A stretch of 64,000 bases of DNA from Takakia lepidozioides. Lineage: Eukaryota; Plantae; Bryophyta. The notes under the pieces are model-generated. The model did not search any database. It was not told the DNA's origin and saw nothing but the letters and a program-made list of their open reading frames with translations. A program made the translations under genes and the position numbers. This document shows positions 21,790-34,700 of this stretch, one piece after another. Location of the stretch: the NCBI GenBank assembly GCA_030704615.1, contig CM060732.1:17174001-17238000 (forward strand). Direction: 5' to 3'. Position 1 is the stretch's first letter, and every line of letters starts with the position of its first letter.

Positions 21790-24700
21790 ATGGCGCAATG
21801 CCAGGCAGGGAAGAAGATCAGTCCGGGCGGTTTTGATCCGTATGGAGCGATGTTCAATGGTAAAGTGCTGGGGACAACTGGGACTGGGAAAATAGACCGA
21901 TTCCAGGGATGGTCCAGGTACAGCGCGGCTCACCTCAGTGAAACTCGTATCAGCAGTTTCTCCAAAGAAGATAGTTTCAATTATGGATCCCTCCATGGGC
22001 CCGGAAGCTTTGCCGAAGACACTCTTAAGACGGACTCCTTGAATGGTATCCGTGGAAGCCCAAATGCAGCTAGCTTGACTAAAGGGGACTATTCCGCTGC
22101 GGGAAATCCTGTGCTCTCGAGAGGAGCCGCCCAGCCGGAAGGTCCTTCATTGGTGAATCCTAAAGCAGATCCATCAGCAGCTGTCAGTGGAACGGATGCC
22201 AAAGCTGTTAGGAATGGTGTACCTCCGTCTGGAGGGTTTACATGTGCGTCAAAGGGAGGGAGTACCACTTGTCCGATTACAAAGGGTGGGATTTTGCCAG
22301 GCCTTCCTGTACATGGGAGAAGTAGTTCCACTGAAGAAAATTTCAGAAAAGAGAAATATATATGTCACAGAAGACAGATGTCCGACATATGCAGTATAAG
22401 GGTAGAGGGCTTATTCAATGGGGAGAACATCAAAGCTTCAAGGGAGATTTCTGGTGCGCTTATCACGGGAACACATACCCGGAGGACAGGGAGTGAGAGT
22501 TGTCGCTGGGCGAGAAGCGATAGTGGGAGGTACTCTTCTGGCGGGAGCAGTGGCAAAGGTGGTAGTTCCAGTGCGGGGAGCCCCACTGTGCTGAATCTTA
22601 AAGTGAGCGGTAGCCCGAGTGGAGACAGCCCCAGGGCAAGCAGCTCTAGTGGGACAAGCTCTCATGGAAGCTCTATCGCAGGTAGTCCTACAGTGGCTCG
22701 AAACAGCAGAGTTGCGAATTTGTTTGGCAATGGTAGCTGCCAGACAGGGAGTTTATCTGATGGCATCTCCACCCCAGGTGGCAGCAGTAGGCTGAATTGT
22801 GGTAACTTATTTGTGGTAACCAATTTACTAACTGATTAAGCATATTTTCTAGAGCCTTATTTTTTCTAGGCCTTTCTAGAGGAAATGGGCAAAGCCCGAA
22901 CCAATTGTTCATATCAAGGTAAGTCCCACTACTTGAGTGAGCCCCTCACAAAGTAAGTATCTCTTCCCTCTTGTTCTGCCCAAACTGGGCATGGTGTCTA
23001 TGGCCACAGGGATACGGCAAACAATGTCTCATGAGTACACTTGTTTAAGCAGATCAAACTTAAGAATAGTCAGAGAAAATCAGAAACATTTGGGCGCATC
23101 TGGAAAGGAGAGTATAAACAGATAAGGGAATCAGACAGCGTTACTGAATATTGTCTCAACCACTGGCTTCATCAGGTTTGAAGAGGCAGTGACTGCAGCA
23201 GAGACGGCAACCCATTTTGATCCACACGATGCTGAGGTTGCACCTCTGTTGAAGAGGGCACAGGCTGTGGCATCATTCCGAATTACTGGAAATAACTTAT
23301 ACAAAGCAGGCAGGGTTTTGGAGGCATCCATGGCTTACAGTGAAGGCCTGCAGCATGATCCATCCAATGCTGTTTTGCTCTGCAATCGGGCAGCTTGCAG
23401 GTCAGCTGCATTTTTTCTTCAAATGGCTGTAGAAATGCATTAGGAGGTCCAAGATTATGGCAGAGCTGAGGTGTGTGTTTGATTGCATCCTGATCAGGGT
23501 ACTTCAGTGTGGTCATAGCTTTGGTTTCATCAAGTGGGATTAATACCTGAGTGGATTCTGATGTTCAGTCTGTACTTTGTGCTTGCAGGTCAAAGCTTGG
23601 CAAATATGAGAAAGCCATCGAAGACTGCTATGCAGCCCTGATTGCTCAGCGCTCTATTCAAAGGCCCTTCTGAGACGGGCTCATTCAAATGCCAAGGCAT
23701 GTCAGCCTCCTCGCTTATCTCTTTCTTTTCGCCACTAACTTATCTTGAGTTTCTCCTGAAATGGTTTCCATTTCGCCAAACCAGCAAGCCTTTTGCTAGC
23801 AAGTCGTTTTCTTTTTTTTTTAAATTTTATTTTTGTGGGGCTGCTCTGTCTTTACTGGCCCTCCCTTACATCACCTCTGTTGCAATTGTCTGGTGGTACA
23901 GTTGGAACGGTGGGAGGAGGCTTTAAGGGATTACGAGGCATTAAGAATGGCATTGCCTGGAGATGTCGAGGTTGCAAAGGCACTCTTCGAGGTGAATCTG
24001 GCCTTGAAAAACTCTCGTGGGGAGAGGACGTTTCAGGTGTGGTTTGGAGGCTCAGTTGGGGAAATCTGCAGCAATGACCAACTAAGAGAGGCTATTTCAC
24101 ATCCAGGTGTGCCTCCAACTGAAATTTGTGTCCATGGGCTTGGGAACATGAACTGATTTTGAATGTGCATCCTCTGAGAGAGATATACCTCATGTGTGGT
24201 TTGAAATGCAGGGACAGCAGAGAGGATAGGAGAATGGAGGCCTTGCCATGTCTGGATTGAAATGAGGGGAGGGGAGATAGGATAGCAGAATGGAGGCAGG
24301 TCATTGACATTGCTGAAAGGATAACCCTAGTACTGTGACATATTTTCAATTTAGTAGTTGCACTTCTAGGCCTGCTCAGATGGTTGGATGGCATTTATGT
24401 GTAGGAAACCCTGATATGGAAAGTAACATGTATTGGAGGACAGGCCTTAATAGATTGACCAGCCTGTTTTCAAGCTTATGGTTGATAGTTTAATTTCAGG
24501 GCTAGCTGTAGTGCAATTCAACACGAGATGGAGTGAACGCTAAAGACAAATGGTTTGTTGAGCAACTCTGTAAACAAAATCCCACTGTGAACTTCCTCAA
24601 GGTACATATCTTCATTCCTGCTAGCTCCATGTGCCCCATGCATGTCATTACTGGTCATGTCCATGGAGATCATGAGGGATCCAGCTTGACCTTGTTAGCT

Positions 24701-24958
24701 TCTCGCTAAGTTCAAGTGTTGCTTATTGCTGCTGAATATGGACAAAAGGATCTTGAAGTTGTGAAAAGCTAACTATGAAAGACTCTCATTGTGTTTCATT
24801 TGAAGGTGGACGTTGAGGAGAACCCGTACTTGGCAAAGGCTGAATGTGTTGATTTTGTTCCCACTTTCAAGATCTACAAAAGCGGCTTTAAAATACAAGA
24901 GTTGCTGGGGCCCACCCAGCAAACGCTGGAGCATGCTGTCAGCCACTTCAGTCTCTAG
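21790..24958 (+). pseudogene. TTL: TPR-repeat thioredoxin-like (TTL family) gene, apparently pseudogenised
   Basis: Ser/Gly-rich N-terminal exon; exons 23176-23400 (GNNLYKAG..YSEGLQHDPSNAVLLCNRAACR), 23589-23696 (SKLGKYEKAIEDC, 1-nt frameshift near 23652), 23902-24106, 24500-24601 (TAA at 24541 plus deletion), 24806-24958 (VDVEENP..VPTFKIYK); N-terminal TPR exons missing. Confidence 0.85.
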
Positions 24959-25498
24959 GTACTAAAATCTTCTCATTCTTTAGCACATTTGAATCTGATG
25001 CATGTCATTTGCTACAGAATAAAAAGGGAGCATGGCACCGCAAGTAAGAAATGTCTAGGTCAAAAGTCAGCAACCATTTGTTGAGGTCCCCATGTAGGGA
25101 TGCCCTCCTTCTGTTTTCCCTCCTTGAAGCCCCATTGCCTGCCCAGGGATCTAACCTATCCTGTTTGATTTTGCATTATGGTTGGTTCCTCATTGATTCC
25201 CCCATCCGTACATTCTGTCCCAAGTAGTTGGTTGAGATCGCGGCAAGTAGTGTCGAGGCATTAGTTCAGTGCTCTGTCTAGAAAGACCGAAAACCCTGGA
25301 GCCTATCCTATCTGACTCCCCCTCTTAAATCCCAGGATCCAAATTGATATTTGTTGCAAGAGCAGGTGGTGTACGCACATGTGCTCATGTAATGAATCAG
25401 CCTCTTCATGAAAGGGATGTGTATATAAATATGGTGGTCCAGTGACAATCACAAACTCCTGCCGACTTACTGTCAATTTGATTCTTATAGTTTTGCTG

Positions 25499-25629
25499 TC
25501 TGTTCCAAGGTAAGTCATACTACCGGCGTCAGCCCTTGACAAAGGTAGTTTCTGTCCCTTTGTGTTCTACTCAAACTGAGGGCGGGGTCAATGGCCACAA
25601 GGCTACGGCAAACAACCTCTTCGAGCACA
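25499..25629 (+). mobile_element. 5'-truncated LINE family B 3' end with 17-bp TSD
   Basis: Tail ggggtcaatggccacaaggctacggcaaacaac..gagcaca; TSD ttcttatRgttttgctg at 25482-25498 and 25630-25646. Confidence 0.8.
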
Positions 25630-26512
25630 TTCTTATGGTTTTGCTGGGTCATTCAAATGTAGCATGTGGCTGAAGAAATGAGCAATTGTAAACATTTAAC
25701 CATCCGCCCCCTCTCTCCATTTTTCCGTAAGAACAGAGACTTGCCCGGCATATAGGGTAACATTTGGTCAGATGGTGGTAGGGCTTGTTTCATCATTACT
25801 TATTACACATCAGTAATATTGACTACTGCCCCATTTGTACCAACGTGTTAGCAAATACAGGACACACCCAAAGAGATAAACCAATATATGGGCATCAATA
25901 TTGCATGTGCCAATTGCCGAGTCTCCCCCTGTCCAATGGGACCCATAATTGAGCTCAGACTATTTGAATGGATTAACATTACATTCAACACGTCTATCCA
26001 TATGCTTCCTGGCTCAGAAAGGGGGTTTATCTCATAGGAGAGACCATGCATGGTTTTTTTTTTCTCCTGATGTACCTCCCCTAGTTAATACCTACCTATG
26101 AAGACAATACCTTTGATACTAAATAACCATTTGGAGTAGAGGGCAGCTGAATCAAACATTGAGCTGACATCAGCACACATATCAGGTGCAAAATGTAGAA
26201 ATTAGAACCAGGTTAGTTTAAAGCATCTAGTTCTGGACTGGAGACAAGGAGGTCTTCTTTGTGCAGGTGACATAAACGCAAATGATAGATTTCTGTCTAA
26301 GTTGTGTTTCTATACTGAGGCTGCTTGTGAATACAAAGAACATTTAGTTCAAGTACTAGAGGTCACGTGTGTATTCAAGATCTTCAATCATAACATAAGA
26401 GCTCATTTCAAATGAAGACCTCTAGTTCTGGAAGAGGTTGAATGGTCTCGCATCTTGCAGGTTGAGCTGCAAGGGTAAATTATGGTCATGATATGTCATA
26501 CATGCTCCGAAG

Positions 26513-29241
26513 TCAAGGTATGGATCCAAAAGGGCCGAACGTATGCCCATATGATAAGGTCCCGTTGGAACACTGGAGGGGGATCATTGGGTTAGCTTCA
26601 GGGGGTGGTGGTGGGGGAGTCGGGGCCTTTGGTTTTGGAGGTAAGACCCGACATGGTGGGCATTTTCGCCAGTTTATGATATTGTACATGCGTGCTCCAC
26701 TCGTCTTGCTTTGTAGAAAAAGGGCCCTTGCCGCCGCCTTCCACCTACAGCAAGTCCAGTATTCAAGTTCGAAAGTTGATGGTCAGAATCGAGAGTACAT
26801 TTATCCACAGCTACAAGTGCAGGAAGAATCTGATGTGCACGCATGTGACTGACGCAAGAACGGTTGAAGTATTTTGTCAGTTACGACAAAGAACAATGGT
26901 CACCTGTTACTACACCATTGTTCAGAAGACTTCATTTTCGTGGCTTTTCTGTACAGTTTCTGTTGCACCCTCATACCATAGCCATCATACCGGACTTCAA
27001 AGTATCAAGATTAGCTATTAAACTGGATCATCTGAAGCCATGACCGTTTGATATGAGTAAAAAGATTTACTTGGACAATTCATCTTTGTACATAAGCCGT
27101 TCTCCTTCATAGCTGTCACTACATTTCAAAGTGAGGATGTGGTAAGGCGCGCCGCTTGCGTTGTTGCGAAAGCCTGGGTCCTCCTTCATATATTTTTCCA
27201 TGTCTTGAAATGCTTTGAACCTGTCATCCCTATCTCTTTGAAGTTCGTGACTCCGCCATGCCTTTTCATTTGCCCATACTTCAATGAGTTCCTGCCCTTC
27301 CAAATAGCAAACCAGTCTTTTATGTACTGTGTCCCATCATTTCCATAGTTCAAAACCTGCAGCGGGAGGACAGCCTATGTCCAGCTTGCAAAGGGCGCAA
27401 CCGGAACTGAACACTTCTTCTTCTATTGCCCTCTATACTATGAGATCTGTGGGAGATTCCACTGTCTATTCCGTGGAATCCAATCTCTCACTGAGGTCTT
27501 CCACTATGAGGATCAGAAATGCTTGGCAGCTTACCTGCACGAGGCCTTCACCCTTAAGACAATCACTCGAGCAATAGTTTTTATCTTTGACTATGGTTTT
27601 GTTTCCTCTCATGTTTTCTTCCATTTTGTCCCATAAGCTCTATGAGCTTTCCGTGGACGCCATAAAGCATCATTTCATTTCATTTCATCTTATCAATCAT
27701 AGATAAATTCTAGTCAGCGCACTGCCCAAGTCCACTTGCTTGACTTTGTCAAGCTCTCAAGCTGAACCGTCTGCATCTCAAAACCGCACCCGAAGCATGA
27801 CTTCTAGAGTGTATAGAGGGAAGCGCAAGCATTGGTGAATTGTCAGGCGCATTCTAAAAGCAATTTTGTTGGCATGACTAGCAGAACTGCTGGCATGGGT
27901 GTGTGCTTATAATGTTTAAATCCTGTTAACCGGATTTAGATATGGGACTTTGACCAAGAATCGAGCCCAAGTTGAGAAAGAAGATTCAAAAGGTCGAAAT
28001 TGGGTAATCACGAAAATTAGGCGAGACATCACCTTTTCTGTTGCCCTGCGTTTGTCCTCAGCCTTGTGCAAAACCTTCTCCACATTTGTCTTCCAGAAGT
28101 CGCGTGCTTTTGGATCGAGCCAGGCCAAGGATGATGGGTCGGGAGGCGCAATCATGCTTTTGTAAGACGGGTGCCGTATGTATCCATATCTCCTTTTCGA
28201 TAGCCTTTGTTTCATCACTTTGTCCTGTATCCGTACTCAAAAGTTCCACCCAACTGGTGTGATTCAAGACCAATTTAACCACTTTGCTGTGACTCACATC
28301 CCTGCAGGAGGCCTAGCAGTGCCCGAGTACTAGCTGTAGATCTCGTCTTGAAAGCTCGCATGATCTACTTGAGGGAGGTAGAAATTGCCCAGTGCTCACA
28401 AAGGCCTTCAGTCAGCTGGAGAGCTACATGCTCTTCTACTTACCGGACAGCATTGTATAGCACTGGGTGGAACTGCGGGCACAGCTCTTCCACGATCAAC
28501 GTCATCCCCTTTTCGAACTACAATTACTCTAGCCGTCTAAGGAATTGTGCCTTACATTCAAGTCCTCACAGTTACACCGTTAGACATTTAGAAACCTTCA
28601 AAGACAACCAACGTCCAAAACGGATGTCCCAACCTAGTTCCTCATCATTCTTGAGCTGCATCTATCTGCTACTAATCTCTGAACGTCTTCAGCAGCTTGC
28701 GGCCGATTGGCTCTGCTGGGTCGGACCGGCACGATTGGATCCCATCAAATCAATTTGTTGCACTAGCAGATAGTCTACCAAAGTACTCGTCCATCTGCTC
28801 CTCGGCTTGCCTTGGCGACATTTAACTGCCACCCGTTGATTCATACATACTTCCCTACGACAATATCAAATCATCAAAGAAGTGTACGATGGGTGGAGAG
28901 GGGAGGGGCTTTACGTGTTTGCCTCCGTAATGAAATTTCTGGGTCCACCTGGGGGGGACCTCCTCGAGGTAGCCATATTTCGTAATGGGGCCCCATACAT
29001 TGAAAGGGTATGTGACGCCTGTCTGCTTATCAGTTTGGGCTCCAATCATATCCTTGGGACTCCGTGGACTGACTGGTGTTTTCAAGCCTGACGGTGTGTT
29101 TGGCGACTTGGGGGACTTCAAGCCCGAAGTGCTCAGAGACTTTGGGGATTTGGGTGACGATGTCTTCACAGGAGATGAGGGAGTTGGAGTTGATGGCTTC
29201 GAGGCGGCGGTCGGCAGAGCCGGCAAAACTGTGTCGGCCAT
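26513..29241 (-). pseudogene. Multi-exon host gene of unknown function (SP-rich N-terminus, Pro-rich C-terminus) with several in-frame stops
   Basis: MADTVLPALP..SPKSPK; frame YLPQVDHASFQDEIYS*YSGTARPPAGM*VTAKWLNWS*ITPVGWNF*VRIQDKVMKQRL runs into ORF 27916-28218; further exon-like segments ~27080-27350 and ~26513-26750. Confidence 0.55.
27355..27690 (+). mobile_element. LINE family A 3' fragment (Zn finger, 3' UTR, (CATTT)n tail)
   Basis: EHFFFYCPLYYEI..DQKCLAAYLHEA; cccataagctctatgagcttt..catttcattt. Confidence 0.8.
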
Positions 29242-31684
29242 GATGCGATGTAGACTGGTAAAGGAAGTGGGAGGAAGAGTCAGAAAAGTGCCAGGGACCT
29301 AGACTACTACATTTGGTATTGGAAGTAACACGCTAAAACCACATGCACTGAGAGGGAGTGGACTTGGAGTCTAGAGTACCTGTTCGCATATGGGGTCCCA
29401 ATGCCACAACTCAGTACATGCAGCAAAACGGTATTCATTTCGGCGGGGCAAAGATTCTAGTGGACGCCTTCAAGTGGAAGATGCACGAAGAGAAATCCGA
29501 GAGGTCGAGGTAGAGAGAGATACAAGGGGGAAGACAAAAGAGAGATACAAGGAGAAAGGTGAGAGACAGCTCTAGAGTAAGCGAGGAATCCTGAATGTGA
29601 GAACAGTGTTTGCATTCCTCAGACGAATGTGAAACGGTTGATTCAACCACCAGAAGTGACGGTTACTGCCTCTTGACCTCCACTTCGGCCGGCTCCAGCT
29701 GAAGCCGGCCGAACTCCTTGGTCAACGCCCGCGAGCTACTGCTGATTCATGTCTTGCCCAGTGGGTCGCGCAGATCCTCTCTCTACACAACACGAGAATT
29801 ATTTGGTGGACGGGGAATCTGCATCATTTGACCGCTGGGCACTTCAATTTGTTTGTGCGGCAATTCCTAGAGAACGAAGGATGGCGTTGTCCAGCGCTCG
29901 GTCGAAGGGCCGAGACGAGAAACTAAAGTTTACCAGTGTTTTTGCCAAGCGGTTACTTTTGTCAACCTCTTTGCTATCGAGCGATGAAGAGGAGTTTGGA
30001 GGGAGCCCTGGAGGGAAAACCCTGCATAGTATCGCGATGGAAGCGGAGGGTGGTTATCATCAACCTGCTGCTTTGAACAGGAGGGGATTGATGGGGAGAC
30101 AGAAGGCTTTTAAATCGGGAATTTTGTCACGTGTTCATGCTTTCTTCTTCTCGCAGCCTGAAGTTGGACGCGATTAATCCGTAGTTCCTCTCTTTTTATC
30201 TGTAAAGCTTGCATTGCAGTGGTTCAGCTCACGCACAAGGCTAAGAGAAATACTACTCCGTTGGTATGTCGAACTTAGAGCTTTCGGCTATGCTAGTCTC
30301 AGAGTCAGAGCGCTTGCAACTCCACCTGCCCTTTCAATGCCAATCTCTGTCTCACAAAGTTTGCAATGTCCAGTGTTTGCCCACTATTCATCTTTTCTGT
30401 GCCACCCAGCTATTCCCGCTATTCTAATGTCAGCGGCAATATGTTGCCTCAGATCGGCAATCCCCTCCAATCGCTTCCCATAAATTATTGTCGTTTCAAA
30501 CCACATCGTCGTTCAAACCGTTCAGAGCACCTCCTCCACCCGCCCCAACCCGACTGTGATGGTTGTGATGAAATGCTTGCAAGTCCTGTTCAGAAGCAAC
30601 TTGGGAAAGATACAAAAGGAGAGATCCTGTTATTCTGGAGTCTCAGGATACTGAAATGCCAGCTACTTTTAAATATCTGCAGTTTCTGCCTAAAAGCAAG
30701 TGGGGAGTGGTTCAAAGAGGCCTGCCGCCACTCCCCGCGACCAGGAGAAGGAGACATATACCGTTGAGGTGTCTGAAGGCCCCATATGACAGGAACGTTA
30801 GTAAAGCCCAGGAAAGGAAGCAAAAGGGCAAAGAAAGTGGAGGCCCACTGTGGTGTCAATTGCACTGATGTGCTGGAGACTTTGATTAGCTTTAGTTATT
30901 TCTTGCTGTTGTCTTTTGTCTTTCTTTGATGTCTTGAAAGGACTGTCGAGTTCTCGAGTCTGTGTGTTATTGCCTTGGGGTACTCTGCTGGTTGCTATTT
31001 GATTGCCTTGGATACTCCTTTGTTCACAGTTTGGTTGCCTTAGGTGCTTTCATTTTACATATCACTTCGCAAATATGAGTTAAGATAGCTTGGAAAGTAC
31101 AAGGTGGGGTTGTGTCATGCGCATGTGATTTTGAGTCAAGAATGTCTAGAAAATTGTGTGGGGGGAGGCCAAAATTGTTACTCGATGAATGGGATGTCTT
31201 AGTCTGAAAGTAGCGCTTCAAGATGGGGCAGCTCTTATGCTTCATATGATGTCCATGTTTCAAAAGCCTAAACTTAACTGGTTGATCATATCACAGGTGT
31301 TGATACGGGGATGAAGCTTCTTGCAAGGACCAAGTGGCAAGATTGACACACAAGGCACAGATGGGTGGGCTAACCTGCGTAATAGGAGGCTAACCTACTG
31401 GACTCGGTGAAACTCGGATATCACCTTTTGCTCCTGTGAGAGGTTGGGAAAACGTAACCTGTAAACAAACAGCTCTCCATTTGGTTCCTGAGAAAGACCA
31501 CTGGTGCACAAGATATAGGTTGTCACGGGATCAGCAGATCCTACCTACTAAGGTTTGAACATTTGAGAATTTGGGATGGAGGATGGAGGATGTCAGGGAT
31601 GGAGGATGTTGGGTACATTGTTCTCCCTACCTACAGATCCTGTCACTTTTCGCAGATTGCTTTAATCACAATCTCACCCCTCCA

Positions 31685-31687
<3 letters not shown>

Positions 31688-31719
<32 letters not shown>

Positions 31720-31790
31720 GCGCGGGGTCAATGGCCACAAGGCTACGGCAAACAACGTCTTATGAGTACATTCTCTGTCTGTCTCTCTCG
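31688..31790 (+). repeat. (CT)n microsatellite containing a ~50-bp LINE family B 3' tail
   Basis: ctctctct..gcgcggggtcaatggccacaaggctacggcaaacaacgtcttatgagtaca ttctctgtctgtctctctc. Confidence 0.8.
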
Positions 31791-34700
31791 GCCCCTGTGG
31801 ACGACACAGTTTCTCCCTCCCCTCTCTCTCTCCCTCCCTTCTTCCTACCTATCTCCCTCATCGACAGCACACAGTGCAATGTACAGGCAGAATCCAGTGA
31901 AGCTGAAAACTTGTGAGCACTAGAGAAAAGCGAGAGATAGAGATTGTGCTGCCGAAGAGGAATGAAAGAGAGGAGAGGCAGAATATGTTGCACAGGTAGT
32001 GAACATTGTCAACCTGGGTGCCTAAAGTCTGCTTTCGACAGAGTCTAAAATAAGGTTATCCAACACCATCTCAAATCATGACCTGTTTAAAACCAATGTT
32101 TCATGATCTGCCCACTTAAATAATACTTGAATGGGTGAATTTGAAACACTGAGAGAGGGTCTCCTGTCAGCTCGGACCTTGCAAGCATGCTAATGTAACT
32201 TGTTATGATCTCTGCTGAACCTCACCGATTTTGAGTGGAAAATAGGTTTGCAGTTTTCGGATTCCGTAGTGCGGCAGTGCTCATGGAGCTAGAATATGAG
32301 ATGCATATTTTCTGGAAACTAGTTCAGCATCTGATAGGGTAAGGATTTCTCTTAAATATTGCGACCAACCGAGCATGTCATTGACTCAAATTCTTGAAGG
32401 GGCTAACGTCATTGACACGATGGCTTAGGAGCTTCTTGCAAATAAACTATAGGATGATAGTTTGATGTACAATCAATTAGATTAGTAGGCCTCCAAAAAT
32501 GTCGAAGGCAAAGGTCATTCCAAGTACAATGTTTAGACGGGATTCAATTTCAGAGAGGCCCTCAGATCCGAAGCCACGGAGCGCGTCCCCTACATTGGGG
32601 TCTCGAAGCATTCGGGACCGCGAAAGCAGCCAGGTCACGATGCAGGGATGTACTCCCAAAGCACAACGGCAACGAGAGATCAGCTGGGTGGACTATGAAG
32701 GTCTCATCAAGGCAAGACAGGATGAGAAATTTGCTGAAGGATTTTCGGGAGGATCGACACTGCGTACATACTCAATTGATTTGAGCCGAGCGACCTCTCG
32801 GGGCCCATCCCCAATTGAATTCCAACTCAATTCGGAACAAGGCGCTGTGGACAGTTCTGCCATCCAAAAACCACATGTCAGGTTTTCGGCTTCTTTGCCA
32901 GTTCGACCGAATGAAATACTTCCATTTATTCTCGGACGGAGGTCCCAGATGCAAACTCGTCCCCATTCGGCAGGTGTGGCTGAGTTCATTCTTTGTCCTG
33001 TAAAGTATACCTTCTCTTTTTCACAGGCTTTGGCATATGAGGGCTAATTATTTCATCCGACTGTACGGTTCTTTAATGTCTTCATGTACTAAACCTTGGA
33101 TACACTCTGGGAGTGTCTCTCTGTGCTGAACAGGATGTCTGATGTTGATGCTAGTCCTGAAACCACTATGGGATTGCATGGTTGTGACCTTTGTGGGATC
33201 TATGGCCAGAGTCTTTGGAGTTTGGCACTCTGGTGGGTTCTTATCCAATGGGCTTGTGTCCATTTAGGCACTATGGCCCTGCAAAGGAGGGAGGAGGGGG
33301 TCCACTAAGCTCTCCTAACTTTCAGATTTCCAATGTTTGGAGTGGGACATGCATCACTAAACTGGGAGACAAAATCAGGAAATTCACTCGATGCAATCTG
33401 CATATGGATCTAATCATTTAGCTAATAGCACATGGGTCGCGCCCCCGCTTAACTTGAGTGTCAGTGTCAGAGAGAAATTGTGCCACCTCCTATGAGCAAA
33501 ATGACGTTGGGAAGGATGGCTATGTGAAGAGGCTTCATTCAAAAGGGTCTGCATAGTTCCATTTTTGACAGCCAAAAATGTCAATCACTCTGGTGCAGGT
33601 GAGCATCGGCACAGCTCTTTGTCTGCTCTAATGCCTGAAATAGAAAAATGTTTTGATGGAGAACTACACAAGGAAATTGGGACTGCCATCATTGTGACAC
33701 CCAGGGTCCCTGGCGATGAAAAGTGGCGGGATCCTAACAAGGGAGCCCCCTCTATTTCCCACAAGCTTAACAGGGAAGGGCTAGCTATGCGAGTACCTGA
33801 GTACCTGGCAAACATGAGAGGGGCATCTCGAGAAACAAATAACAGAAGCATAAGCAGCCAAGGGGTTCAGTTTATGGGCAGCCACCGCCACAGTGCTTTT
33901 GTAAGGGCAGTTGAGGCGATGACCAATATTGATGGGGCACGAGAGCGACGCACCAGCAAATATATCACAACCTCGCCCAAAGCTCGTGTGAGCACAGTGA
34001 TTGTGCCTGTTAATGCCAAACAATGGCTGCTCCAGTCCATGCGATTGAAAGACTCAGAGCTCAGAGAGCTGTTTGATCAGGTACATAGATGCCTCAAATG
34101 TGTTATGTAACTCTTTGTCCATCTGAGTGCTGCTGGGTTCCCTGGGCCATGAGTCCCATTGCAACACATTTGAGTGATTTTGTCATTCCTATCATTTTAG
34201 GAACTTGTTTGAGAGCCTGCCATGGAAACTCTTAATCCTATTAAGAAGTTTTATGAGTGAATTGATTTCTCTGCATATGTACATGTGAGGCTCTTCACCC
34301 TCTCCAAGTTTCGCGCACATGCGGGCAAAAGAGGGGCTTCAACCACATCTGTTCAATGGGTGCAATAGCCGTGCACGCATCGCAGGATTTTTTTTTCGCA
34401 ATGAACAAAAACCAGATGACAACCGAACGCCTCATTGGCCCATCGAACGAGTTTCGATTGATCTCATATTACACTGGGACCTATCGGAGGATGCACTCTT
34501 CATAGAGAGTTCTGCAATAGTGAGCGAAGAGAACACTTTTTTTTTGGGGCATTTTTTTATTGAATAGTAGTTTTCAGGCTTCTTGTTGGGGGCCCCACTT
34601 TCTTTCTTGTATCCTGCTTTCTTTTGTCCCATAAGCTCTTTCAGCTTTCTGTGGATTTCTTTCTTTCAGTAGTACCATTTCATTTCCTTTCATTTCTGCT

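Noticed and set aside
28200-28380. Stops repaired by U-to-C RNA editing or a variant genetic code
   Set aside because: Reverse editing is known only in organelles; neighbouring genes and TEs also have frameshifts and G>A-derived stops, so methylation-driven decay is simpler.
29749-30868. ORFs upstream of the dynein-domain gene as a separate gene or first exons
   Set aside because: No motif support or convincing splice path; cannot be supported from sequence alone.
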